Positions 24,275-33,134 of a stretch of DNA of 33,134 nt are shown here, piece after piece. The position numbers and the translations under genes were made by a program. Numbering within the stretch: the first letter of the stretch is position 1; each line of letters starts with the position of its first letter. The notes under the pieces were generated by a model. It was not told the DNA's origin. It saw nothing but the letters and a program-made list of their open reading frames with translations, and ran no database searches. Where the stretch lies: positions 1 through 33,134 of the IMG/VR virus record IMGVR_UViG_3300017913_000956, one strand, 5' to 3'. The stretch is from a virus (Duplodnaviria > Caudoviricetes).

Positions 24275-25728
24275 TTACTTTGGGCGAATGGCTACCAGAC
24301 CAGCCAGACACAAATAACACCGTTGTGACCGCTGAGAACTGCATACCAGCAGCACAGGGCTATCGTTCTATGAACAGCTTTGAGGCTTACTCAGAAGAAG
24401 CTGACAGTAAGATATTGGGCATCTTTGCGGCAAAGGATGCGGCAGATAATACCAAACTGTTTGCGGGTGATGCGGGTAAACTGTACTTGCACAACACATC
24501 TACAAACGCACTGGATGATGTGAGTAAGTCTGGCACACCAGCATATGATTTGACAGACGATGAACGGTGGCGTTTTGTTCAGTTTGGTGACACTGTTATT
24601 GTAGCTGGTGGCACTGGTGAGGAACTGCAAAAGTTTCAGGTTGGTACTGATAGCGCATTTAGCAATTTAGCTGGTTCACCCCCGAAGGCAGAACACATTG
24701 CAGTGGTGCGTGATTTCGTATGGGTGGGCAACATTGATGAGGGTTCAGGCCGTGTGCCGTTCCGTGTGCGTTGGTCAGCCTTTAACGACATTGATAGTTG
24801 GACATCTGGCACAGACCAATCAGACTTTCAGGACATCCCAGATAGTGGCAAGGTTCAAGGATTAGTTGGTGGTGAATACTGTACTATTCTGATGGAACGT
24901 GCGATTTACAGGGCAACATATACTGGCCTGCCGTTAGTGTTTCAGTTCGACAAGGTTGAATCTGAAAGAGGTTGTGCGTTTTCAGGTTCTATATGCAACA
25001 TTGGTTCATTGGTGTTTTACTGTTCTGATGATGGGTTTTATGCGTTTGATGGCACACGTTCTACGCCTATCGGTTCTGAAAAGGTGAACGACTTTTTCTT
25101 GGCTGACTTTGATAGTAACTACGCTGGCCGCATGACATCATCTGTTGACCCGCTAAGAGAAGTAGCAATGTGGTCATACACATCTGTGAACAGTCCATCT
25201 GGTCAGCCTGATAAGATACTCATCTATAACTATGTGCTGAACCGTTGGTCTATTGCCAATGTAGAGGCAGACTTGTTAGCGCCATTCTTTAGTGCTGGTT
25301 ACAACGTGGATGGACTTACAAGCATCCAGACATTAGTGGATAATCTTCCGCAGACTGTTGATAGTCGTTTTTTCAAGGGTGGTCAGTATTTCTTTGGCGG
25401 TGCGCTAGACGATAAAATTTACGCATTTAATGGCGACCCTATGGATGCAACTATTGTGACAGGTGAGTTGCCTATATCCAAGGGCAAGCACAGTATTGTT
25501 ACTAGGGTGTATCCGTATTATGAGGGTGGCAGTGTAACGGTACAGGTTGGCACTAGGAACACCACAAACACGGCTGTTAGCTTTAGTGCGGCATCATCTG
25601 AGAATGTAGATGGGTTCTGCCCTGTGAGGGCGCAAGGGCGTTACCACAGGGTACAATTAAACCTGACAAACAGGTGGAGTACAGCGCAGGGTATTGACTT
25701 TGACGGTAGAGAGATAGGGCGTAGATAA
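24259..25728 (+). CDS. Tail nozzle / DNA stabilisation protein (P22 gp10-like)
   Basis: GEWLPDQP start, RVRWS, RGC, beta-rich 489 aa; position after the adaptor. Confidence 0.8.
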   Translation: MASTVITLGEWLPDQPDTNNTVVTAENCIPAAQGYRSMNSFEAYSEEADSKILGIFAAKDAADNTKLFAGDAGKLYLHNTSTNALDDVSKSGTPAYDLTDDERWRFVQFGDTVIVAGGTGEELQKFQVGTDSAFSNLAGSPPKAEHIAVVRDFVWVGNIDEGSGRVPFRVRWSAFNDIDSWTSGTDQSDFQDIPDSGKVQGLVGGEYCTILMERAIYRATYTGLPLVFQFDKVESERGCAFSGSICNIGSLVFYCSDDGFYAFDGTRSTPIGSEKVNDFFLADFDSNYAGRMTSSVDPLREVAMWSYTSVNSPSGQPDKILIYNYVLNRWSIANVEADLLAPFFSAGYNVDGLTSIQTLVDNLPQTVDSRFFKGGQYFFGGALDDKIYAFNGDPMDATIVTGELPISKGKHSIVTRVYPYYEGGSVTVQVGTRNTTNTAVSFSAASSENVDGFCPVRAQGRYHRVQLNLTNRWSTAQGIDFDGREIGRR

Positions 25729-26039
25729 TGGGGCTAAACACTAACTTCAGAATACTAAACCCTATTCTAGCAACCACAAGAGAGATTGCAGAGGTTCTTA
25801 ACCTGACTGTTGGTGGTAAGCTGAACTGTGTCGGCACAGTTACGTTGGTATCTGGTGGCACTGATGTAACGGTAACAGACCACAGGGCGAGTAAGGATAG
25901 CGTGATACTGCTTGAGCCTCACAGCACAAACTATTATGACCATGAACCTTACATCAAGACAAAGAACAACGGTTCATTTGTTATAGGCCAGAAGAACAAC
26001 GGTCACAGCACGGATATTGGCTATGTCATCATTGGATGA
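25728..26039 (+). CDS. Small tail protein
   Basis: REIAEVLN...GKLN..GTVTL; TAATG coupling. Confidence 0.7.
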   Translation: MGLNTNFRILNPILATTREIAEVLNLTVGGKLNCVGTVTLVSGGTDVTVTDHRASKDSVILLEPHSTNYYDHEPYIKTKNNGSFVIGQKNNGHSTDIGYVIIG

Positions 26040-26382
26040 GTGGGATAGGTGCAAGGGTTACATTGAGGACGCATTAGAGTACGCAGACCACAGCCACACG
26101 ATAGATGATGTGAGGCAAGCAATAGAAGATAAATATGCAGTATTTTTTCCGTTGGAGAAATCTGCTATAGTGGTGGAGATAGTCAAGTACCCTAGAAGAA
26201 AAAGTTGCCGTATTTGGTTAGCTGGTGGAGATTTAGAAGAACTGATGGTTGCCGAGAAGGTGGTAGCTAATTGGGCAAAGAAGCAGGGCTGTGATGGCAT
26301 GGAAATAATTGGCAGACACGGTTGGAAAAAGAAACTGGTTGATTACAGAAGTGTGGCAACAGTATTAGCGAAGGATATATAA
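26023..26382 (+). CDS. Conserved protein before the ejection genes (possible GNAT-like fold)
   Basis: IWLAGGDLEEL...WAK..GC....GR.GW. Confidence 0.7.
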   Translation: MSSLDEWDRCKGYIEDALEYADHSHTIDDVRQAIEDKYAVFFPLEKSAIVVEIVKYPRRKSCRIWLAGGDLEELMVAEKVVANWAKKQGCDGMEIIGRHGWKKKLVDYRSVATVLAKDI

Positions 26383-26383
26383 G

Positions 26384-27139
26384 ATGGGTAAAGGTGGCGG
26401 TTCAAAACAGCAAGTCACTACAACGCAGAGTGACATTTCAAAAGAGTTAAGGCCATACAGAGAAGAGATACTTGGTGCGGCACAGGACTTGTTCAGAGGT
26501 GGTTACACGCCATATCAGTCTACCTATGTAGCCCCTACACAGGAAACTCTTGGTGCGCTTAGTGGTATGCAACAGCAAGCGGGGTTATCTGCCCCGATGT
26601 TCCAGACGCAACGTGACGTTCTGATGCAAAACCTGACTGGCACTAACCCGCTTTTTCAGCAAGCGTTAAAACCGACTATTGAAGCGGCTATGCAACCAGC
26701 CATGTCTACTGGAAGATATGGTTCTGGATATGCACAAAGGGGCGTAGCAGAGGCGGTAGCGCCTCTTATTTATAGCGCACAGCAAGAGGCTATGGGGCAA
26801 GTTCCTAGCGTGTATCAGTCTGGCATGTCACCGTTTCTGACAATGGCGCAAGTGGGTGCAGCTAGGGAACAGATTGAACAGGAACGCCTAGCAGAAGAGG
26901 CTATGGAAGCGCAGTATCCTTACTTAGCACAGCGTGGTCTGCTGTCAGATTATGCTAGCTTATTTGGCGCTGTTCCTATGGGGCAAACTGGTCAGAACAT
27001 TACACCTATCAGCAAGCCTAGCCCACTTGGTCAGATTGCGGGTATTGGTTTGCAAGGTTTAGGCATGGTTGCTGGTGCGCCAACAGGGGGAATAATGGAA
27101 CAAATTATTGCAAAACAATTACCATTTCTTTTAAAATAG
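26384..27139 (+). CDS. Internal virion / DNA ejection protein 1
   Basis: MGKGGGS start, Q/A/G-rich, GRYGSG, Gly-rich hydrophobic C-terminus. Confidence 0.7.
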   Translation: MGKGGGSKQQVTTTQSDISKELRPYREEILGAAQDLFRGGYTPYQSTYVAPTQETLGALSGMQQQAGLSAPMFQTQRDVLMQNLTGTNPLFQQALKPTIEAAMQPAMSTGRYGSGYAQRGVAEAVAPLIYSAQQEAMGQVPSVYQSGMSPFLTMAQVGAAREQIEQERLAEEAMEAQYPYLAQRGLLSDYASLFGAVPMGQTGQNITPISKPSPLGQIAGIGLQGLGMVAGAPTGGIMEQIIAKQLPFLLK

Positions 27140-27152
27140 TGGGGAGGCTAGC

Positions 27153-28391
27153 ATGTCACAAATAGGTATCTTACCATTTCTAAACATTGACCCCATTGCG
27201 GCTTTTCAAAGGGCTGACCGTCCAGTTCAGGCTGGGTTGCCAGCAAAATCGTATGTGACCACACCTTCTGGCGCAAGGGGTACGCCACCTATGGCTATTA
27301 AACCGCCAGCACCTATAAGCCGTTTAGATTACGGTTTAGGCAAGGCGGCTATGATGACACCCCCTACTGGTGGATTAGTCCCGCTTCCATCAACAGCAAA
27401 AGACCCATCAATGCTTCAGAGGCTACAGGCTGATAAGCCATTTGCGGTTGGGCTAACTGCGGCAGGTCAAGCTTTATCAGAGGCATCTGGGTACACAGCA
27501 CAACCTAAAGATACCCTCAGCATGATTAATCAAGCTATGGCGGCTTTTAATCAAGCACAGCAAAAACGTGCTATGTTTGAGGCACAGCAAGCCATGAAGG
27601 AAAAGGAAAGGCAACAAAATTTGGCTTTGGAGTATGCAAAGTTAGGTAAGCCTTCCGATTTCATGCAGAGAGTAAGGGCGGCTGGGTATGACCCTGAGAC
27701 TCCCGAAGGGCAACAATTTATCAGAGAGGTGCTAACTAAGTCTGATACTGTTTTTATGGGTGGTGATAAGCAAAAAGAAGAGGCTTATAAAGCGGCTTTA
27801 GCGACCAGAAAAACCATGCAACAACAAGTGGATAAGGATAGGGAGTTAGGTGTAAGGCTAGAGACTGCCATAGACCTTCTTAAAGGTGGTGCGGAGACTG
27901 GCAGAGTTAGTGCCGCTATGCTTCCTCTTAAACAGTTAGCCGCAGAAGCTGGCCTGTTGGGTGATGAAGAGTTACAAAATTTGACCAATCAAGAGATAAT
28001 AGACAGCGTTGCTTCTTTCTTAGTGCCTAGAATGAGGGTTGTAGGTTCTGGTTCATCTTCTGATAGAGATATGGATTTCTTCTCTAAGTCTACGATTAGA
28101 ATGGCTAACACACCAGAAGCTAACCTTTTGATTGCCTCAATGCAAAAGCAAGTAATGGATTACAACAAAAAGAGACTTAGCTTGTTTGAAAACTATGTAA
28201 AAAAACAAGGTGATGACTTTGGGTTTGCTGACTTTGCAGACGAAAAAATGGGCAGATTATATCAAAAACCTGCAACAGATAAAGAATTTACAAAACTTGT
28301 AGATGACGGAAAAATCAAAGAAGGCGATGTGTTCTTTAACGCAGACCCAGAAGTCATGGAATTTGATATACTTACAAGGGAAATGATGTAA
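27153..28391 (+). CDS. Internal virion / DNA ejection protein 2
   Basis: 412 aa, helical, GSGSSSDRD motif; gene position. Confidence 0.65.
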   Translation: MSQIGILPFLNIDPIAAFQRADRPVQAGLPAKSYVTTPSGARGTPPMAIKPPAPISRLDYGLGKAAMMTPPTGGLVPLPSTAKDPSMLQRLQADKPFAVGLTAAGQALSEASGYTAQPKDTLSMINQAMAAFNQAQQKRAMFEAQQAMKEKERQQNLALEYAKLGKPSDFMQRVRAAGYDPETPEGQQFIREVLTKSDTVFMGGDKQKEEAYKAALATRKTMQQQVDKDRELGVRLETAIDLLKGGAETGRVSAAMLPLKQLAAEAGLLGDEELQNLTNQEIIDSVASFLVPRMRVVGSGSSSDRDMDFFSKSTIRMANTPEANLLIASMQKQVMDYNKKRLSLFENYVKKQGDDFGFADFADEKMGRLYQKPATDKEFTKLVDDGKIKEGDVFFNADPEVMEFDILTREMM

Positions 28392-29947
28392 TGGCGACCT
28401 TACCAAAGACAAAGAAATATACGCCAAAAGTTGAAAGAACTCAGCTAGACATTTTCACAGATATTGGCAGGGCTGCTGCACAAGGTCTGACCTTGGGTTT
28501 TAGCGATGAAATTGAGGCTGGTCTAAGGGCGGCTTATGGTGACAGACCTTATTCTGAAATAGTGAAAGAAATCAGAAAAGACATAGAAAGCTTTAGAGAA
28601 ACAGCACCGTTAGCGGCATATGGCGCTGAGATAGCAGCTTCCATGATTACTGGCGGGGTTGGCGCAAGTAGGGCTATTGGTACTGCTGTTGGCAAAGAAG
28701 CTATAAAACGTGCGGCTGGTGCTGGGGCTGTAGAAGGTGGTCTTTATGGTATAGGAACAGGTGAAACTACTGCTGGGCGAATAGGTGGTGGCACTGTTGG
28801 CGTTGTTGGTGGCGGCTTAACGGCTGGTCTAGGGCAGAGATACATGCCTACATTGCAAAAAGGCGCTGAATCCATGTTGGGTAGAGGCTACCCACTTACA
28901 GCAGGTCAGGCATATGGCGGCAAGATAGGTTCTATAGAACAGAAAATATCAACGCCTTTCTTGCAAGAAAGCATACAAGAAGCCAGACGCAGACCCCAGC
29001 AGATGTTTGTGCGTGAAACTATTGACGAAGCAATGAAGCCTCTGGGCATCAAAGTTCCAGAAGGTTTCACAGGCGAGACTGCTGTTGATTTTGCTGAAGA
29101 TGCTATCGGAGAGGCTTATGACGCTGTAGTGCCAAAAGCTAAATTTAACGCAATTAAGCCTAATGCAAAGATTGAAGAAATACTCAATAAGGCAGTTTCC
29201 GACAAAGTTTTTGACGCAACTGACTTAAAGGCTTTCCGCAAAAAACTTAACGAAAGTTACTTCAGGTTTATGAGAAACCCTGATGCAGGGGGCGAAGCCT
29301 TTAAAACCGCAGAGAGTAAATTGTCTGGGCAGATAAAATCTTCCATCATAAAGGGAGATGAAACAGAATTGCGAGTATTTCGAGAGATACAGGAAGCAAT
29401 AAGGGATGAGTTTGCCAAACAAAACCCTGATTTACCAGACTTACAAGCCGCTAACAAGGCGTACAGAAACATGCGACCTATTGTTAAGTTGTCGGACGCA
29501 AGAGTTTCTTCTGGCGGTGAGTTTACACCTGCGGCACTTGTTAGGGCTGAAACGAGGGGCAGACCGAGAACTTCACCAGAGGTTATCAGGGCAAGAGAAG
29601 CAAGAGATATTTTAGGCCAAACAGTCCCAGATAGCGGCACTGCTGGAAGGATTGCGCTAGGAGAAATGAGTCCATTTACTGCATATACACCAAAAAGGTT
29701 AATGGGTTTGGCGGGAACTTTGGCTGGTTCTGCTTTATACGAGTTCCCAAAGCTAGGCAGAGGTGCGGCAAAGCTACCTGCTTATGCAGGTATAACACTA
29801 GCCCCTACAGTCGGTGCTAGCACCTCATCAGCCATAGGAACAGCAGGTGGGTTGTTGATACCTGAATTACAGGCCGAAGAAATACCTTACATCGGAATGG
29901 GCGGTGAACAGCGTATGGTTCAAAACCCTTCCCTACTAGGAGAATAA
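28391..29947 (+). CDS. Internal virion / DNA ejection protein 3
   Basis: QGLTLGFSDEI, Gly/Ala-rich membrane-like segment, LTAGQ, PDSGTAGR. Confidence 0.75.
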   Translation: MATLPKTKKYTPKVERTQLDIFTDIGRAAAQGLTLGFSDEIEAGLRAAYGDRPYSEIVKEIRKDIESFRETAPLAAYGAEIAASMITGGVGASRAIGTAVGKEAIKRAAGAGAVEGGLYGIGTGETTAGRIGGGTVGVVGGGLTAGLGQRYMPTLQKGAESMLGRGYPLTAGQAYGGKIGSIEQKISTPFLQESIQEARRRPQQMFVRETIDEAMKPLGIKVPEGFTGETAVDFAEDAIGEAYDAVVPKAKFNAIKPNAKIEEILNKAVSDKVFDATDLKAFRKKLNESYFRFMRNPDAGGEAFKTAESKLSGQIKSSIIKGDETELRVFREIQEAIRDEFAKQNPDLPDLQAANKAYRNMRPIVKLSDARVSSGGEFTPAALVRAETRGRPRTSPEVIRAREARDILGQTVPDSGTAGRIALGEMSPFTAYTPKRLMGLAGTLAGSALYEFPKLGRGAAKLPAYAGITLAPTVGASTSSAIGTAGGLLIPELQAEEIPYIGMGGEQRMVQNPSLLGE

Positions 29948-29948
29948 C

Positions 29949-30761
29949 ATGCCATTAGATAAGCTAAATCAATACTCGAAAACTGCGGCCTCAAACACGG
30001 ATGTGGGTGGGGTTGACTTGGGTGAAGGCACAATGGCGGTTAGCGACATTAACGATGCCATGAGAGAACTACTTTCACATTTGGCTGAGTTTCAGGACGG
30101 AACTGCTGGCATTGATGTATTAGCGTTGACAGACGACACAGACACAAACCAGATTAAGCTACAAGCACCGACATCTGTGACAGCTACCACCACATTCACG
30201 CTACCTGATGGCGATGGTTCTAACGGTAACGTATTGCAGACAGATGGTTCTGGCACACTAAGCTGGGGTGACGGTACACCATCTGGTGTTGTTTCTGCCT
30301 ATGCTGGTTCATCAGCGCCTAGCGGTTGGTTGCTGTGTTACGGTCAGGCGATTAGCCGTACAACCTACGCTGACTTGTTCACGGCTATTGGCACTACATA
30401 CGGTTCTGGTGACGGTTCTACCACCTTCAACCTACCAGACCTGAGAGGCCGTGTAGTAGCTGGTCAGGACGACATGGGCGGGTCATCAGCTAACAGGCTT
30501 ACAAATCAGTCTGGCGGTTTGAACGGTGATACGCTGGGTGCTACAGGCGGTTCTGAGACACACACGCTTACAACTGCACAGATACCTGCACATACTCACT
30601 ATAATGATTTTAGTGGTGGCTTTAATGGTATTACTGGTTCAGGTGGTAGCCCTGGATATATTTCTTCTACTCAAGGCAGACAGTCTGGTTCAACAGGTGG
30701 CGGTCAGGCACACAACAACATACAGCCTACCATCATCCTGAACTACATCATTAAGGAGTAG
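29949..30761 (+). CDS. Tail fibre protein with tail collar domain
   Basis: PSGWLLCYGQAISRTTYADLFTAIGTTYGSGDGSTTFNLPDLRGR; GGSETHTLT..QIPAHTH; HNNIQP...LNYIIK. Confidence 0.9.
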   Translation: MPLDKLNQYSKTAASNTDVGGVDLGEGTMAVSDINDAMRELLSHLAEFQDGTAGIDVLALTDDTDTNQIKLQAPTSVTATTTFTLPDGDGSNGNVLQTDGSGTLSWGDGTPSGVVSAYAGSSAPSGWLLCYGQAISRTTYADLFTAIGTTYGSGDGSTTFNLPDLRGRVVAGQDDMGGSSANRLTNQSGGLNGDTLGATGGSETHTLTTAQIPAHTHYNDFSGGFNGITGSGGSPGYISSTQGRQSGSTGGGQAHNNIQPTIILNYIIKE

Positions 30762-30763
30762 TT

Positions 30764-31045
30764 ATGGCTACCAAAATATCACAGTACGATGCTAACCCAG
30801 CCAATAACACAGACCTTGATGGCATCGACTTGTCAGAAAATGTTATGGTTCCTTCAGATGTAAATGATGCATTGCGTATGCTGATGGCGCATTTAAAGGA
30901 CATGGATGCTGGCACTGAGGCGCTGACAGCACTGCAAGTAACTGGTACAGTAACGGCAAACGCATTTAGTGGTGATGGTGCTAACCTGACAAACGTGCCA
31001 GACACAGGTGATGGCGGCATAGCAATGGCAATAGCGTTAGGATAA
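30764..31045 (+). CDS. Short tail-fibre anchor/adaptor protein
   Basis: N-terminus paralogous to 29949; FSGDGANLT; IAMAIALG end. Confidence 0.75.
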   Translation: MATKISQYDANPANNTDLDGIDLSENVMVPSDVNDALRMLMAHLKDMDAGTEALTALQVTGTVTANAFSGDGANLTNVPDTGDGGIAMAIALG

Positions 31046-31049
31046 AGAC

Positions 31050-31388
31050 ATGGCAAACGCATTTAAGACGAAAACATTTGATGGGAGTAGCACTGCGGCT
31101 AGCACTGCCATGACTATCTACACTTGTCCAGCAAGCACTGAGACTACCATTATTGGCATGACCATCTCGAACATCACGACAAGTCAGATACTGGTGGACA
31201 TTACCTTCGAGAACAGTGACGGTGACAACGTGTACATCCTGAAGGAAACGCCAATCCCTGTGGGCGGTGGTCTTGTTCCTATCGGTGGCGACCAGAAAAT
31301 TGTTATGGAAGCCAGTGACGTTATTAAGGTAACTAGCGACACAGCCAATAGTGCTGATACGGTATTGAGTATTCTGGAGATAACCTGA
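31050..31388 (+). CDS. Tail-fibre module protein
   Basis: MANAFK...IYTCP...KIVMEASD...LSILEIT. Confidence 0.75.
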   Translation: MANAFKTKTFDGSSTAASTAMTIYTCPASTETTIIGMTISNITTSQILVDITFENSDGDNVYILKETPIPVGGGLVPIGGDQKIVMEASDVIKVTSDTANSADTVLSILEIT

Positions 31389-31615
31389 TGGGGTACATAG
31401 GCATTCAACCAGCAGGGATTACATCTGCGGCTAATGTGGAAAGCACTGGCACTGTAGAGATTACAGGCAATGTGCCTATCTATGAAAACACGCAGACTGT
31501 GAACGAAGATTATACAATCACAAATAGCCGTAACGCTATGTCGGCAGGGGCAATCACCATAGCAAGTGGTGTGACTGTTACTGTTGGCACTGGCGAGACT
31601 TGGACGATAGTGTAA
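31388..31615 (+). CDS. Tail-fibre module protein
   Basis: MGYIG.QP...NAMSAG.ITI.SGVTVTV..G.TWTIV. Confidence 0.75.
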   Translation: MGYIGIQPAGITSAANVESTGTVEITGNVPIYENTQTVNEDYTITNSRNAMSAGAITIASGVTVTVGTGETWTIV

Positions 31616-31980
31616 TGAGTACGTTAAAAGCAGATACACTGGTAGCGGCAGATGGCACTAGCCCTGTCACGCTGACTAAGCAGAGTGCGGCAAAGGCATG
31701 GTGTGATTTAATTTTTAGTCACGATAGTTATAATGACAGTTTTGGATTTTCAAGTTTAACTGACAATGGAACTGGTGACGGAACAGGGGCATTTACTTCA
31801 GCATTTGCAAACAATGATTATGCCCCTGCTTGTTCTATGAAAAGTGGGGGTGCAACAAATCGTAATGCTATTGTTAATGTTGTCACAACGACAACAATAC
31901 AAATGATAACAGGGCTTACAGCCTCAAACAGCAAGCAAGATTACAATTCTGCTTACATACTTTGCGGGGACTTAGCATGA
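31615..31980 (+). CDS. Tail-fibre tip paralog 1 (KAW...GDLA family)
   Basis: AKAW, SSLTDNGTG, ends GDLA. Confidence 0.75.
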   Translation: MSTLKADTLVAADGTSPVTLTKQSAAKAWCDLIFSHDSYNDSFGFSSLTDNGTGDGTGAFTSAFANNDYAPACSMKSGGATNRNAIVNVVTTTTIQMITGLTASNSKQDYNSAYILCGDLA

Positions 31981-32357
31981 GTGAGATTATCACAGACAAA
32001 CTCACTGGTCGTGCTACTGCTGGCGATGTGACGATTACCTCTGAGGGCGGTTCTGTTACGATGCAACTGCAACAGGGGTTGTCTAAGGCTTGGAACACCA
32101 CAAGTTCTGATGGCACAACCATATATGACAGTTTAAATATAAGTTCACTTAGTGATGTTGATACTGGACGGCAAGACCATAATGTAAGTAATAATTTTGT
32201 TTCTTCCAATATCGTCCCTACATTCAGTATTTCGGATAATTACAACCAGCAGTGGACATCAGGTTTGGCAACAAGTATGTGGAGAACAAATAATTTCAGT
32301 GGTTCTGTTTATCAAGATACCCAAATTAGAACCGTGTGTTTAGGAGACTTAGCATAA
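31977..32357 (+). CDS. Tail-fibre tip paralog 2
   Basis: SKAW, SLNISSLSD..TG, ends GDLA. Confidence 0.75.
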   Translation: MSEIITDKLTGRATAGDVTITSEGGSVTMQLQQGLSKAWNTTSSDGTTIYDSLNISSLSDVDTGRQDHNVSNNFVSSNIVPTFSISDNYNQQWTSGLATSMWRTNNFSGSVYQDTQIRTVCLGDLA

Positions 32358-32746
32358 TGGCTGGCAAGATTATAGCAGATACGCTGGAACACAGCACCGC
32401 AGGGTCACTGACTACGGACTATGTTGTTAATGGTAGTGCGAAGGCGTGGGTTAATTTTAATGGTACTGGAACTATTGCAACTCGTGATTCGCTGAACGTG
32501 AGTGGGTTGGTAGACAATGGGACAGGTGATTATTCTCAGTCTATGACAAGTGGAATGAACACGGATGTATACACGCTTGGATTAGGGGGAGGTAATGGGC
32601 GAACTTCTGGAGTTGGTGTTTTGTTTGGTGGTTTTGCGGCTACCCCACAAACTTCAACTACGTTTAGGTTTCTAACTTTTCAACAAAGCCCAATAGCACA
32701 CGACCCAGTAGACGTAACAACGGTTATTCACGGAGACTTAGCATAA
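32357..32746 (+). CDS. Tail-fibre tip paralog 3
   Basis: AKAWVNFNG, SLNVSGLVDNGTGDY, ends GDLA. Confidence 0.75.
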   Translation: MAGKIIADTLEHSTAGSLTTDYVVNGSAKAWVNFNGTGTIATRDSLNVSGLVDNGTGDYSQSMTSGMNTDVYTLGLGGGNGRTSGVGVLFGGFAATPQTSTTFRFLTFQQSPIAHDPVDVTTVIHGDLA

Positions 32747-33134
32747 TGAACACACCTGATTTCAAAGGCACACATCTCTGGGACAGGCTATGCTGGGCAA
32801 AGGAAAACCTTGAACCGTACCAGTCTGACTACCGTGTAGTCTATGAGGACAGCATTGATGAGTGTTGCAAAATCCTCGTTCCAGACCCGAACTTTATGGC
32901 GGCTTGCATGAATGGCGGTATCATTCCAAAAATAGAAAACTATTGGGCATTAGCAGAAGATGAAGCAAAGCCTGATTTCAAGAAACACACTAGAGGTTAC
33001 TTGCTACATGAAACAGAACCTATGGGCAGTATGACCGAAGAAGAATGTATAGAATTTCTAATTTTGAAAGACATACCTAAAAGCGTCTGGATGAACTGGG
33101 ATAGCGGCAATAAGCCGAAGATGGTAATATGTCG
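32746..33134 (+). CDS. Phage protein truncated by the window end (MNTPDFKGTHLWDRLCWAKE...)
   Basis: TAATG coupling, GGAG RBS, frame open to the edge; absent from the ORF track because it has no stop. Confidence 0.75.
   Translation, partial: MNTPDFKGTHLWDRLCWAKENLEPYQSDYRVVYEDSIDECCKILVPDPNFMAACMNGGIIPKIENYWALAEDEAKPDFKKHTRGYLLHETEPMGSMTEEECIEFLILKDIPKSVWMNWDSGNKPKMVIC

Noticed and set aside
29949-33134. Diversity-generating retroelement or invertase shufflon acting on tail genes
   Set aside because: No reverse transcriptase or recombinase, no long TR/VR pair differing at adenines, and all cassettes are in the same orientation
1-33134. Stop-codon reassignment, tRNA genes, introns or inteins
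   Set aside because: Core genes are intact and of normal length in the standard code, all three stops are used, and no cloverleaf or splicing motifs were seen

Overview
Near-complete genome segment of a tailed dsDNA phage with podovirus-type morphogenesis genes (P22-like portal, SU10/DUF5309-type major capsid, nozzle, ejection proteins). It resembles marine alphaproteobacterial phages; the host assignment is an inference. Order: end of tail-fibre region (1-2059); self-promoted C5 DNA methyltransferase cassette (2150-3653); leftward operon of exonuclease, Sak-like annealase, SSB, DnaA-domain-IV protein, DUF6378, nuclease and lysis genes (3712-7616); Cro-like HTH, resolvase and an O-like initiator with internal iterons (7697-9409); a packaging region heavily interrupted by accessory genes (10018-18047); head, tail and ejection genes (18022-29947); modular tail-fibre cassettes to the window end. 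I recognised no integrase, CI repressor, polymerase, helicase, primase, tRNA, CRISPR array or reverse transcriptase. Most notable: (i) a dif-like XerCD site with a consensus IHF site just after terS in a phage with no visible integrase; (ii) an FlmG/FlbA-like TPR glycosyltransferase, an FkbM methyltransferase and an ART-PolyVal ADP-ribosyltransferase embedded among the packaging and head genes; (iii) a repeated divergent-promoter cassette driving antisense moron genes; (iv) lysis genes coupled to the recombination operon and facing an anti-SD hairpin. All family calls come from motif recognition by eye; no database search was run.
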